Shown here: positions 12,251 to 24,191 of the stretch, piece by piece
Layout of the letters: each line of letters opens with the position of its first letter
Position numbering within the stretch: position 1 is the stretch's first letter
Assembly: GCF_009914755.1 (NCBI RefSeq)
Contig: NC_060932.1
Source of the DNA: the human T2T-CHM13v2.0 reference genome, Homo sapiens
Length of the DNA stretch: 64,000 nucleotides
Reading direction: 5' to 3' (one strand)
The notes under the pieces: model-generated
Database searches by the model: none
What the model was told of the DNA's origin: nothing
What the model saw: the letters and a program-made list of their open reading frames with translations, nothing else
Made by a program: the position numbers and the translations under genes

Positions 12251-12879
12251 GAACCCCTTGATAGAAAAAAAAATGCTGGTGGGGGTAGGGATTTCTGCCT
12301 GTGTTCTTCAGAATGGGGTATGGGAAAATCTGGGAGGAAAAGAAATTTAAGTAAGAGCAGAGACTTTGCAAAATTTGTTGTGTTGACTTTTCCTCATGCT
12401 GCTTCCCCTGGCATGGGAAGTCATTAGCTGGATAAGAGAGACTTCACAAGAACTGCAATGAATCAAGATGTGCTGGTTTTGTTTTGACACATGGAATTCT
12501 TAGGGATTTGATGTTTTTTTTCCCAGTCTTCTCCATCAAAGTTGTTTTCAACCAGTCCTGATTGGACCGATTGACTCATCCTCAGATATCATAGTTTTCC
12601 CACTACAAAAGCATGGAACTGATGCCAATAAACCCACTCCTTATTCCCAGAGGGCTAGGGTGAGTCCTTGCAGAGGGGAATTGCTAGGGATGGCACCTGG
12701 CAGAAATAGACCATCTGTCTTTCCTCCACAATTATGGTCCCTGCCATTGTGAAGGAAACATTTACCTCCTCCTCACCCTCAGGCCCCCTTTTCCTGCACT
12801 TAGGGTCTCATTGCCCCTCCCCACCCTCCGACAAGTAGCTGGTGCTTTCTCCTTGACCTCTGACTCACTGTGGGGAGAA

Positions 12880-13385
12880 CTCTGCCTCAAGAAACATCTT
12901 TTCATCTCCCTCTCTAGCTCCAACTGTCCCTTTGCCTCCATGGGGAGCTCCTTGCTCTCTCCTTCGGTATTTCTCTGAGGGCTCACTCAGACCACTCCAC
13001 TCCACCTGCCACCAGTGGTCTCATACTGAACTATAAATCTGGCCATCCTCCTCTCCTGTTTGGTATCTTCCATCCCCTTCCCATGTCTGGTAGATGATGA
13101 TGGCCTCAACCCCCAGGTGACTCTTGGACCACGTACCATCCATGCCTTTCCCATTGAGCTACTGTGGAAAGCCCATGCTTGCTTCTAAGTGCTCCATGGT
13201 TTGGTTTGGTTTGGTTTTCTGTCATGTCATTCTGTCTGCCTGGGACAGGATTTCTCCCTATCAACACTGAGAGATCTCCTGCTGACCCTGTGCTCAATGA
13301 TTGTGTCTGCCTTGTCCCTAGCATCCAGATCAACACCTAGCAAATAAACAAGTGCTCAAGAATGTATGTTAAATGAGTGAATAAG
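12880..13385 (+). mobile_element. L2 fragments ending in the L2 tail
   Basis: Pyrimidine-rich L2-like body; ends GTGCTCAAGAATGTATGTTAAATGAGTGAAT. Confidence 0.65.
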
Positions 13386-14491
13386 CTAGTTAGCAAGAGA
13401 GTGAAAGAGAATGAATGAATCCTTGGAGAGCGCAGGCCTTCACTGTGAGGCCTCTAGAACCCTAAGTGAATGACATACTCCTTCCTCTGGGCTAACAGCA
13501 TGTGAAATATCCCTCTGCTGTAACCCTTATCACTTTTACGATGTGGAATCTCAGGCTCCCTTCTTGGGCACATAGTCTGTATCACATTTTGTATCAGCAG
13601 CACATAATAGCCATGCAATATATAATCAACAATTTAGTTTTACGAATCCATTTGACCATCCACATTCCCCACATCTCCTCACCTCTTTCTACAGCATTTT
13701 CTGACTCCTCACTTTTCATTCTATCTCTCTTACCTTCAGAAAATTCCAGACCTTGCTCCTTTACCCTAGTATTACTGCCTGAAATGCCCTCTCCTGCATC
13801 CTTTCCTGTGTGTATTTAAAACCTAAACTCCTCACAGCTAACAAAAGACCATCCTCCCAAGCCTCCCAGGCTTTCAAGAACATTCCTCCTGTGGCTCCCA
13901 AGTCACACACATGTCTCTTTGACAATAATAATATAAACAATCATTTTTCAGTACCAGAATGAATCTCAAGTGCTTTATGTATTACATAAATTCAGATATA
14001 TCTCTTTTTATTGTACTTCTCTTTACTGTGCTTTGCAGAGATATTGCATTTTTTTTTTACAAACTGAAGATTTGTGGCAACCCTGCATCTAGGAAATCTA
14101 TCAGTGCCAATTTTCCAACAGTGTAGGCTTATTTCATTTCACTGTGTCCCATTTTGTTAATTCTTTCATAAGTTCAAGTTTATTGTTATTATTCTATCTG
14201 TTATGGTGATCTGTGATCAGTGATCTTTGATATTACTATTGTAATTGTTTTGGGGTGCCACACACTGCACCCATATCAGAGAGTAAACTGGTAAATGTGT
14301 GTGTTCTGACTGCTCCACTCCAACCAGCCATGTCCCCCATCTCTCCCCATCTCCTCTGGCCTTTCTATTCCTTGAGTCAGAAAAAAATATTGAAATTACG
14401 TGAATTAATAATCTTACAATGAACTCTTAAGTATTCACATGAAAGGAAGGGTCACAAGTCTTTCATTGTAAATAAAATACTAGAAATGATT

Positions 14492-14547
14492 CAGTGAGCC
14501 GAGATCGCACCACTGCACTCCAGCCTGGATGACAGAGTAAGACTCTG

Positions 14548-14580
<33 letters not shown>
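14492..14580 (+). mobile_element. Severely 5'-truncated Alu (last ~59 nt plus A30)
   Basis: CAGTGAGCCGAGATCGCACCACTGCACTCCAGCC; perfect TSD ACTAGAAATGATT at 14479-14491 and 14580-14592. Confidence 0.95.
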
Positions 14581-14582
<2 letters not shown>

Positions 14583-15244
14583 AGAAATGATTAAGCTTAG
14601 TAAGTATGGCATGTCAAAAGCTCAGCCTCTTGTGCCAAACAGCCAAGTTGTGAATGCAAAGGCAAAGTTCTTAAAGGAAACTAAAAGTGCTATTCCCGTG
14701 AACGTATTAATGATAAGAAGCAAAACAATCTTTTTGTGATATGGATAAAGTTTTAGTAGTCTGGATAGATCAAACTAGCCACAACATTCCCTTAAGTCAA
14801 AGGCTAATTCAGAGCAAGCCCCTAACTCTCTTCAATTCTGTGAAGTTTGAGAAAGATGAGGAAGCTGCAGAAAATGAGTTTGAAGCTAGCAGAGGCTGGT
14901 TCATGAAGTTTAAGGAAAGAAGCCATCACCATAACATAAAAGTGAAAGGTGAAGTAGCAAGTGCTGATGGAGAGGCTGCAGTAAGTTAACCAGAAGATCT
15001 AGTTAAGATAAGTTATCCAGAAAATCTAGTTAAGATAATTGATAAAAGTAGCTACACTAAGCAACAGAATTTCATTTTAGATCAAGCAGCCTTATACTGC
15101 AAGAAGATGCCATCTAGGACTTTCGTAGCTACAGAGGAGAAGTCAATGCCTGGCTTTAAAGCTTCACCAGGCAGGGTAACTCTCTTGTTAGGGGCCAATG
15201 CAGATGGAGACTTTAGGTTAAAGTCAATGCTCATTTACCATTCT

Positions 15245-15806
15245 TTTTTTTTTCTTTTTATTATTATACTTTAAGTTTTAGGGTACAAGTGCACAACGTG
15301 CAGGTTAGTTACATATGTATCCATGTGCCATGTTAGTGTGCTGCACCCATTAACTCATCATTTAACATTAGGTATATCTCCTAATGCTATCCCTCCCCCC
15401 TCCCCACCCCACAACAGGCCCCAGTGTGTGATGTTCCCCTTCCTGTGTCCATGTGTTCTCATTGTTCGATTCCCACCTATGAGTGAGAACATGTGGTGTT
15501 TGGTTTTTTTGGCCTTGCAATAGTTTGCTGAGAATGATGATTTCCAGCTTCATCCATGTCCCTACAAAGGAAATGAACTCATCATTTTTTATGGCTGCAT
15601 GGTATTCCATGGTGTATATGTGCCATATTTTCTTAATCCAGTCTATCATTGATGGACATTTGGGTTGGTTCCAAGTCTTTGCTATTGTGAATAGTGCCGC
15701 AATAAACATACGTGTGCATGTGTCTTTATAGCAGCATGATTTATAATCCTTTGGGTATATACCCAGTAATGGGATTGCTGGGTCAAATGGTATTTCTAGT
15801 TCTAGA
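15245..15806 (-). mobile_element. 5'-truncated L1PA (about PA4/5) inside Tigger1
   Basis: ORF2 C-terminus EIPFDPAIPLLGIYPKDYKSCCYKDTCTRMFIAALFTIAKTWNQPKCP plus 3'UTR and polyA; TSD TCATTTAC(C/T)ATTCT at 15231-15244 and 15807-15820. Confidence 0.96.
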
Positions 15807-16867
15807 TCATTTACTATTCTTAAATTCTTAGGGCCCTTTAGAATCATGCTAAATCTACTCTGTATGTGTTCTGTAAATAGAACAACAAAGCCTAGGTGAC
15901 AGCACATCTGATTACAGAATGGTTTGCTGAATATTTTAAGCCCGTGCTTGAGACCTGCTGCTGAAAATCAAAGATTCCTTTCAATAATATAGCTACCCAA
16001 GAGTCTTGATAATGCTTTTAGTTATCCAAGAGTTTTGATGAAGATGTGCAAGGAGATTAATGTTATTTTGTGCCTGTGAACACAGCATTCCTGCCATAGC
16101 CCATGGATTGAGAAATAATTTGACTTTCAAACCTCATAATTTAAGAAATACATGTTATAAGGCTACAGTTGCCATAGATAGTGAGTCTTCTGATGAATCT
16201 GAGCAAATTAAATTGAAAACTTTCTGGAAAGAATTCAGCATTTTAGAGGTCATTAAGACTATTTGTGATGCATGGGAAGAAGTCAAAATATCAGCATTAA
16301 TAGGAGTTTAAAAGAAGTGGATTCTAACCCTCATGGATGACTTTGAAAGCTTTAGTGGAGGCAAGAACTGTGGATGTGGTAGAAACAGTAAGATAGCCAG
16401 AATTAGAAGTGGAGCCTGAAGATGTGACAGAATTGTTACAATCTCGTGATAAAACTTCAGTGGATGAGAAGTTGCTTCTTATGAGCAAAAAAAAAAAAAA
16501 AAAAAAAAACAAAAAAATAGTTTCTTGAGATGGGATCCACTCCCAGTGAAGATGCTGTGAGCATTGTTGAAATGACAACAAAAGATTCACTACAATCAAC
16601 TTAGTTGATAAAGCAGCAGTAGGGCTTGAGAAGATTGACTTCAATTATGAAAGATCTATAATACTATGGGTAAAGTGCTGTTAAACAGCATTGCAAGCTA
16701 CAGAGAAATCTTTCATAAAAAGAAGAGTCAATCAATGCACTAAATTTCATTCTTGTCTTATTTTAGGAAATTGTCATAGCTACCTAACCTTCAGCAACCA
16801 CCACCCTGATCAGTCAGCAGCCATCAACATTGAGACAAGACCCTCCACCAGCAAAAACAGATTATGA

Positions 16868-17205
<338 letters not shown>

Positions 17206-17245
17206 TAGCAATAAAATATTTTTTAATTAGGATGTGTACATTTAA

Positions 17246-17581
<336 letters not shown>

Positions 17582-17741
17582 TTAGACATAATGCTATTTC
17601 ACACACAGTAGACTACAGCAGTGTAAACATAACTTTTATATGCACTGGAAAATCAAAAACTTCACGTGACTTGCTTTATGGCAATATTTGCTTTATTGCA
17701 GTGGTCTGTAACCAAACCCACAATATCTCAAGTTATGCTTG

Positions 17742-17868
17742 TATATACATTTTTATAATCTCCTACACATAATATGGAAGGATAAGAAATTGAGGCACAA
17801 ACAGGTTAAATATCTGTCTTAAAGCTGGGCAACTGGTAAATGATAGAGCCAGTATTTAAACTTGGCCA
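17742..17868 (-). mobile_element. MIR; other half at about 13925-13992, split by Tigger1
   Basis: GATAAGAAATTGAGGCACAAACAGGTTAAAT...GGTAAATGATAGAGCCAG. Confidence 0.75.
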
Positions 17869-18091
17869 TTATTCATTCATTTATTCACCGATTCATTTAA
17901 TCATTAAACAAATAGTTATGGAGTGCCCATGAGGCATTATTTCCAGACTTCAACACTTTGTGGTATTATTCACTTGGCAAACTAAACTATTCTGTTGCTT
18001 AGACAAAGTGAAGGCAGACAAAGGAGGAAAACCAGAAGGGATTACAGGCTCTGAATCAAAGAAAGGCAGAAAAATGGAAGAGTGAGAGACA

Positions 18092-18103
18092 AGTTTCAGT
18101 TTC
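18092..18103 (+). promoter_or_regulatory. Consensus ISRE/IRF site AGTTTCAGTTTC
   Basis: Exact match to AGTTTCASTTTC in non-repeat sequence; function untested. Confidence 0.4.
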
Positions 18104-18689
18104 AGGTGAGATACCTGAAAGGGGAAAAATTCCTAGGGAATAGCTTTCCTCCTCCAGGGCTCCAGGTTGAATGAATTCCCTGAACTCAGGAACAAGCGTC
18201 AAGACTTGTTTTATTGGTATTTACAAAAATAGGTTTTAAAGGATCAGTGATTTGCAGATTCCAGTTGGATGTGTCACACACACACATCTCTCATTCCTCA
18301 CGTCTAAGAGAGGGGAGAAGGAAAGACACGGCTTTGAAAGCCTAGATATTTTGAAAGGGGTGTTTTGGGATTTCAGCGATTTCTTTTTCCAGCAGCAACT
18401 GTATCTTGGACTGTGGTGTATCTCTCTTTCCCATCTCCCAGGCAGGTCAGTTAACCCTTTTGGGCTGTGTTCAATCAGGGTTAGTGCGTAATAAAGATCC
18501 TCTGCATTTAGAATTACCTTTTTTTAACCTCTAAACCCTCTTCAAGAGGCTGCAAACTCTTCAAAGACAGAAGCTGCTGTACGGATTTTTCACCTGCTTC
18601 AGTGCCTAGAGAGGAACAAGGGAGAGAAGGGGAGAGAAAAAGGAGGAAGGAAGAAACAGGAGCAAGGGATATCTACTTGGTACTTTACA

Positions 18690-18905
18690 AGGTAGTGTTA
18701 ATGAAATACACTTAAATCAAGAGTTCTGGGTTCAAGTTCCAGTCCTGACGGTGCCTATACATCCTTGGGTCATCACTCAGACTCTCAGAGCCTCAATTTC
18801 TTACTCTGAGAAATGGAAATAATAATGCCTACTTCACCAGATCATTAGGAGAATTAAATAAGGTAATGTATTGGGTAACATTTTGTAATTGTGTGCTACT
18901 GTGTA
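18690..18905 (+). mobile_element. MIR SINE
   Basis: CTGGGTTCAAGTTCCAG...GAGCCTCAATTTCTTACTCTGAGAAATGGAAATAATAATGCCTAC. Confidence 0.85.
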
Positions 18906-19584
18906 AGTTAAAATTGTATGAAGGTTTAATAAAAGGAATTGTTCTTTAAGACTTCAAGGACTTTCTGTCAGAAGTTGAAACTAGAGGATTTACCAGGATG
19001 TTTCTGGCTCTATAGGGGTCATGTCCCTTTCCAAGATGCCTCAGTTGACCAGTAAACACATTCTTTTCAAGGCTTAATATTAAAATAGTATCAAATTCTG
19101 ATCTAATCTGGATCAGAAGAGAAAATACTCCAACCTACCATTGTCAACCGCAACACTGGTTGTGTTTAATGGTGATGGAATTCTGTCACTTCCACCAACA
19201 CTTTTTGAGCATTCGCTGCATGCGGGGCATTCTGGTGTATACTGATAAGAAACAACAACCAAAGATAATTAAGATTGACCTCACCCTCCGAGATGTTTAC
19301 AGTTTACTTTGCTTCCCTAAGCTTCAGTTTTTCCCTCTGCCAAAACAGAAGCTCGGAAGAGATGTCTCCAAGACACTTTCTACCATGACCTTTTGAATTT
19401 CATAACTCTCTAATTCCAGAATTCAAAGAGTGACTGTTTTACCTCCCACTGAATGATTCCTCTGAGAAAAAAGCTCTCTGCTAGCTAAGCTAGCCAAGAC
19501 ACCATACCTGAAGATAATACCTAAACTTCTGTTTGTGTCCCAGGAATCCCAAATTGATGTCACACCAAAACAATGTCATTTATA

Positions 19585-19790
19585 CAATTCATTATATGTC
19601 ACTCATTAATACATTTGCTTAGTTGATTTTCATTAAAATCCTGCAGGGAGCATTATTACACTCATTTTTCAAAAGAGATAACTGAGTCGTAAAAGGATTA
19701 AATTATTTGCCCAGGTCACACGGAAAGAAATTAACGTGGCCACGGCATAAAACCAGATTTTCTGTTTTTAAACATATTTTTTTCGCTGAC
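19585..19790 (-). mobile_element. MIR SINE
   Basis: CTCATTTTTCAAAAGAGATAACTGAG...TTTGCCCAGGTCACAC. Confidence 0.75.
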
Positions 19791-21174
19791 CTCCACCCTG
19801 TAAGAGCTTTTATTACCAAGCGATTGAGAAGCACAGGCTCAGGGACACTGAATTTGACCAAAGAAGCCAATAGAACTATTCCAAAAACCTATGGTTCCCC
19901 CTAAAGCATTAGAAAGACTCAGAACGGGTTAAGTGCTCCCTGGCTCATTCCCAACAGACACTACATTCACCTGTGCTTGCTCTGAAATAAATCAGTGTCC
20001 CTTTCTGCTGCTGCTGTTGTCTGGAAATAATGCAAATGCAATGGGCCTTTACTGACATTGTGCTTCCCTGGAAGGATACACATAATAAATTATCCCTTAA
20101 TACTGTTAAAGAGACATTTTCCTCTTACTCAGGAGCTTTTGGGGTTGGACTGGGCTACTCACCCAGCAAGGAGGAGGACATGTGTCTTGTCACTGGCCCG
20201 GTTATTCATGTGGCCTCTCATTGCTCCTTGGCTCACTGCATTGCAAGATTCAAGGATGCACTTCCAGGCCTCCACATCAAGTCATAGGACTTGCCGGTAA
20301 CCTAGATTGGTTTTCTCATTTGTAATTTGAATTTATTTTATGTTATGCATTTGTATGTTTATTTATTCGGATGCTCAGAAGCTGAAGATAACTAGTGCTC
20401 CTGGTCCATGCCATTCATCAATTGGAAGAATGCCAAGCTGTTTCCGCTGAGGACAGAAGGCATTGGTCTCCCCTGCAGGAAGCCACTGCTGCTCCTTAAT
20501 TGTTTGCTAGAGGAAGAATCAAGGGTAAAATTTAAAGTAAATGGCTGGCCGAGTTGCACTAATTCATCAAAGCATGTTTCAAGTCAGTAGTCAGAGCATG
20601 CATCAGCCCCCGGCGCCACCAGCTTCTACGAGAGTGGAAAAGCCAGCAGACCTCCGAGCAGATGAAATCATTAGGAGGCATTCAGCAGGGCTTGAAAAGC
20701 AAAGAGAGAGGAGGCGGGGATTTCTCTGCATGCTCCCTTTGCCACATGGGAAACACCAGCTGTCTGTGACCTAGTTATCCAAGAAAGGAAACACGGAAGA
20801 GAACCCACAAAACTGTTTGCTACATGAGAACCCCATTCTCCAAAGACATGCTGGATGTTGAGAAAACAATTAGCATCTTCTAGTTTGACTCTATTTTTTT
20901 TTTTTTTTGCTTAGAGATTTTTGGTAGCAATAAAGACAAGCCCTATTACAGTAGCCTAAGAAAATGGAATTTTTAGGGATAGCCCATGGATAGGAAGTAA
21001 AAATCTTGGTTCATGAAAGATGGGAAGTAGGAACTGGAATGTTTTTGGAAAATCTATCAGCATCTCACCTCTTTCTCTTGCTCTCTCTCTCTCATTACAT
21101 GGCCCTTTATTTGTGCAACAATTCATTTTCCTACTTCTCTATGAAGGTCTCTCTTCTTGCTTTTAAGCATGAAG

Positions 21175-21735
21175 CCACTCATTCATTCAGTAAATATGTA
21201 TTTAATGCTAACAGGTGCTGGCACTGCCCAAGATGCCAGGGCTACAGCAATCAACAAAACAGACAAAATCCCTGCCCTCGTGAAATGTACACTGTGGTGA
21301 GGCAGGTGAGGCAGGCAGAAACTGAACAAGATAAATAAGTAAAAGATACAGTGTGCAAGAGGGCAGTGAGTGCTTGGAAGAAAAGATCAAGGGAGGAGAA
21401 GTGAAATACTGGCAAAGTAGTTGAAATCTTAAATAAAATGGTCATGGGAGACCCCACTGAGAAAGTCATTTCTGAGTGAAACCTGAAGGAAGTAAGAAGT
21501 TAGCATTGCAATTGTCTGGGGCAGAGCATGCTGAGGAGAGGGAATAGCAGGTGCAAAGGGCCTGGGGTGGTTCAAGGAGCTAGCAGAGAGGCCATTGAGG
21601 AAGGAGGTTAAGCAAGTGAGGGGGATTAGTTAGAGGTGAAGTCATAGACCTGGGGGCACAGATCACAAAGCGTTTTCTAGGTCATAGTGAGGACTTTGGC
21701 TTTTACTCTGAGTGAGATCAGAAGATCCCAAAAGG
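21175..21735 (-). mobile_element. L2a 3' portion
   Basis: CATTCATTCAGTAAATATG...AACAAAACAGACAAAATCCCTGCCCTC...GGACTTTGGCTTTTACTCTGAGTGAGAT. Confidence 0.9.
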
Positions 21736-23044
21736 CCACCACAAGATGATATTCACGTGGTCCACCTAATCCAGTAGTCAGTCCTTATTGCTAACTTGCA
21801 CACAGTCAAGCTCCCTTAGTCTCCAAAAGAGGAGATCCAAGCAACGATACTTCATGAGCAGTCGGCTTCGAGAGTCATCCTGAGTTTTCAAGGCTGACAC
21901 AAATATCAGTCTAACTACGCAGTCCACCTGTGTAAATATTTGGGGAATAGTGGATGGTTAAGGAAGAGACCTAGTATGAGATAAAGTGTCCAGGCCCTGC
22001 ACACATTTGGGTCTCACAGAATTAACTGGCAAATGCTAGTAAGAGTATCAGGACCTTAGGAAATAGAGATTCCTTTAGAAAACTCTAATTCCCAGAAAGA
22101 TTTTCACATAAGACCTTCACACAAAGACAAAATTAGAATGTGTGTTCTCTCACCATCTCCTTATCCAGAGAGTCCTTAGATGTGGCAGAAGGACCCACAA
22201 GAGTTGTCAGAGGCAGTTGTGAGGGGTTGCCAGTCATGTTAGTATTAATAGATATCATGAGAAGTTAGACACGTTTTTGAATAAATTAGAATGAATTAAA
22301 TATTAACCCAAAATGTCATTATGCTCACTCCCTACCCTCCCACTATGCTTTCCTGACAGAGAAAGAAAGGGTGGCACTGTGGCTGGAATACAGAGCCCAC
22401 AGGACTTCAGCATGTCCTACACATAAACCTCCTCCTTTTTGTGACCCTTGGTGGAAAAAGTATGAGAGCCACGTATCTTAGAAATAACTGCCTTTCCTCC
22501 CTAGATGCCTGCCACAAAAACAGACATGTTCTAGAACTTTCTTCTCCCTAGTTCCAAGAACACTGAACTCATGGTAATGGCCAAACAATGATCTTTTTCT
22601 AAGGACAATGTCAGAATGCTTTACTGTGCCATTTTCATAATCAGACACAAGAAAGTTACCATCTGTAGTTCAGCCATAGCACTTCACATGAAAGAGGAAA
22701 TGACTAAATATATATTTACATAGCTCTCATGAATATGCATTTTGTAAATGCACAAATATGTACAATTACTTGATAGACTGTTTTGGTTCCTATCTTTCGA
22801 ATATTTAATACAACTGTAAATGTTTAATTCATATTTACTGAGTTGATTGAACAGTTTCTAAATTATCCCAAGCCTTGCTGGAAACAAGATTGAATGTTTC
22901 CAGCATATTTGCACACTAGGATTTGGCCAGGAGAATCCACACTAACTGGTTAAATGATGATTTTCTTAGAAAGCATATTGAATAAGCTGCTGGTGAAATC
23001 ATCTTGCTGACCACAACATAGAGGGACAGCACCAGATCTAATTC

Positions 23045-23496
23045 CAACCATGACCTGCAGAGCCTCTCATGACTAGGCCCCCCTGATGCCTCTTTGCACC
23101 TCTGTCTGCACTGCCCCTCATTGCTAAGCCACAATCAACCCATGTTCCACTTTCAGTCCTCTGCACCAGCTGCTCCATGTGTCCAGAATGCTCTTCACAT
23201 AGACATCAAGCCTTTGCTCTAATGTCACCTTTTCAATGAGGTCTATCTTAACCTCTGCATTTGAAATTGCAATCCCATCATCCCCCAGAACTCCTGATAT
23301 CCCCTACACTCCCTTATACTTTTTTGTCTATAGCAACCACCCCTCACCACTTTATAACATTTATGCTTTGTAGTCTGTCTGTGTCCACTCACTAGAATTC
23401 AAATATCACAAAAGCAGGAGTCCACTTTTTTTTTCATTGAAAAACTCCAAATCCTAGAAGGAAGCTGGCATTTAATATGTGCTCAATAGACATTAG
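23045..23496 (+). mobile_element. L2a 3' portion
   Basis: AATGTCACCTTTTCAATGAGG...CACTAGAAT...GTGCTCAATAGACATT. Confidence 0.85.
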
Positions 23497-23607
23497 AGGA
23501 AGAAAAGAAGGAAGGAAGGAAAGAAGGGAGGGAGGGAGGGAGGGAGGGAGGAAGGAAGGAAGGAATGAAGGAAGGAAGGAAGGAAGAAAGGAAGGAAAGA
23601 AAGAAAG
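23497..23607 (+). repeat. Compound (GGAA)n/(GGGA)6 polypurine tract
   Basis: About 110 nt, all purine except one T. Confidence 0.95.
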
Positions 23608-23852
23608 TCAAGAGACCTGGGCTCAAATCCAGCATGGGAATAAGTAGGGAGGAAAGAAGGGAAGTCAAGAGACCTGGGATCAAATCCAGCTTGGGCATGA
23701 GGCAAGACCAGAGCAGAGGAGATTGTCCTTGAGCTCAGGTGACGCCCATCTGGCCAACTCTCCACAAAGCTGGGTCACACTGTTTAGAGGACAGTTCTTG
23801 GCAGTAGTAGTAGTGCTGGTGGGGAGGGCTTTGTCATTATATTGTGTGCGTG

Positions 23853-24191
23853 TGGTGTGGGACTCTTCCTTAGTTCAGCTAAAGACAAGCTCCCTGTCAC
23901 AAGGCCATGAAAGATTAGGCTCGCAGACAATTTGAAGGGTGAGAATAATGGGATTTATTGAGCAAAAGGAAAAATGGGGGCAGAACAGGGACGCAGCAGA
24001 GCCAGAGTCTTCCTAGTATGTGCTTCCTGCTTCACAATTGAATCCCAGCTACCACCCAGGAATAGGAAGGGCCAGGCTCTTCCCCACTGCAAATGGTGAG
24101 AACTTCTGTGGCTCCACCCCAGTGTGCACTCCTCCCAGTATGCAGGCTGGTTGGAGTTTCTCTGTGGACCCTTTCCCATCTGGCTGTCTCA
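23853..24191 (-). mobile_element. MER61A-like ERV1 solo LTR
   Basis: Minus strand runs TGAGACAGCCAG...AATAAATCCCATTATTCTCACCCTTCAAATTGTCTGCGAGCC...GCTGAACTAAGG; 4-bp TSD CGTG/CATG. Confidence 0.85.

Noticed and set aside
15368-15907. 179-aa ORF (and 42284-42604)
   Set aside because: Chance fusion of flanking DNA to a truncated L1 ORF2 C-terminus.
14741-16311. Transposase-like ORFs as a domesticated TIGD gene
   Set aside because: The frame is broken by stops, frameshifts and an L1 insertion.
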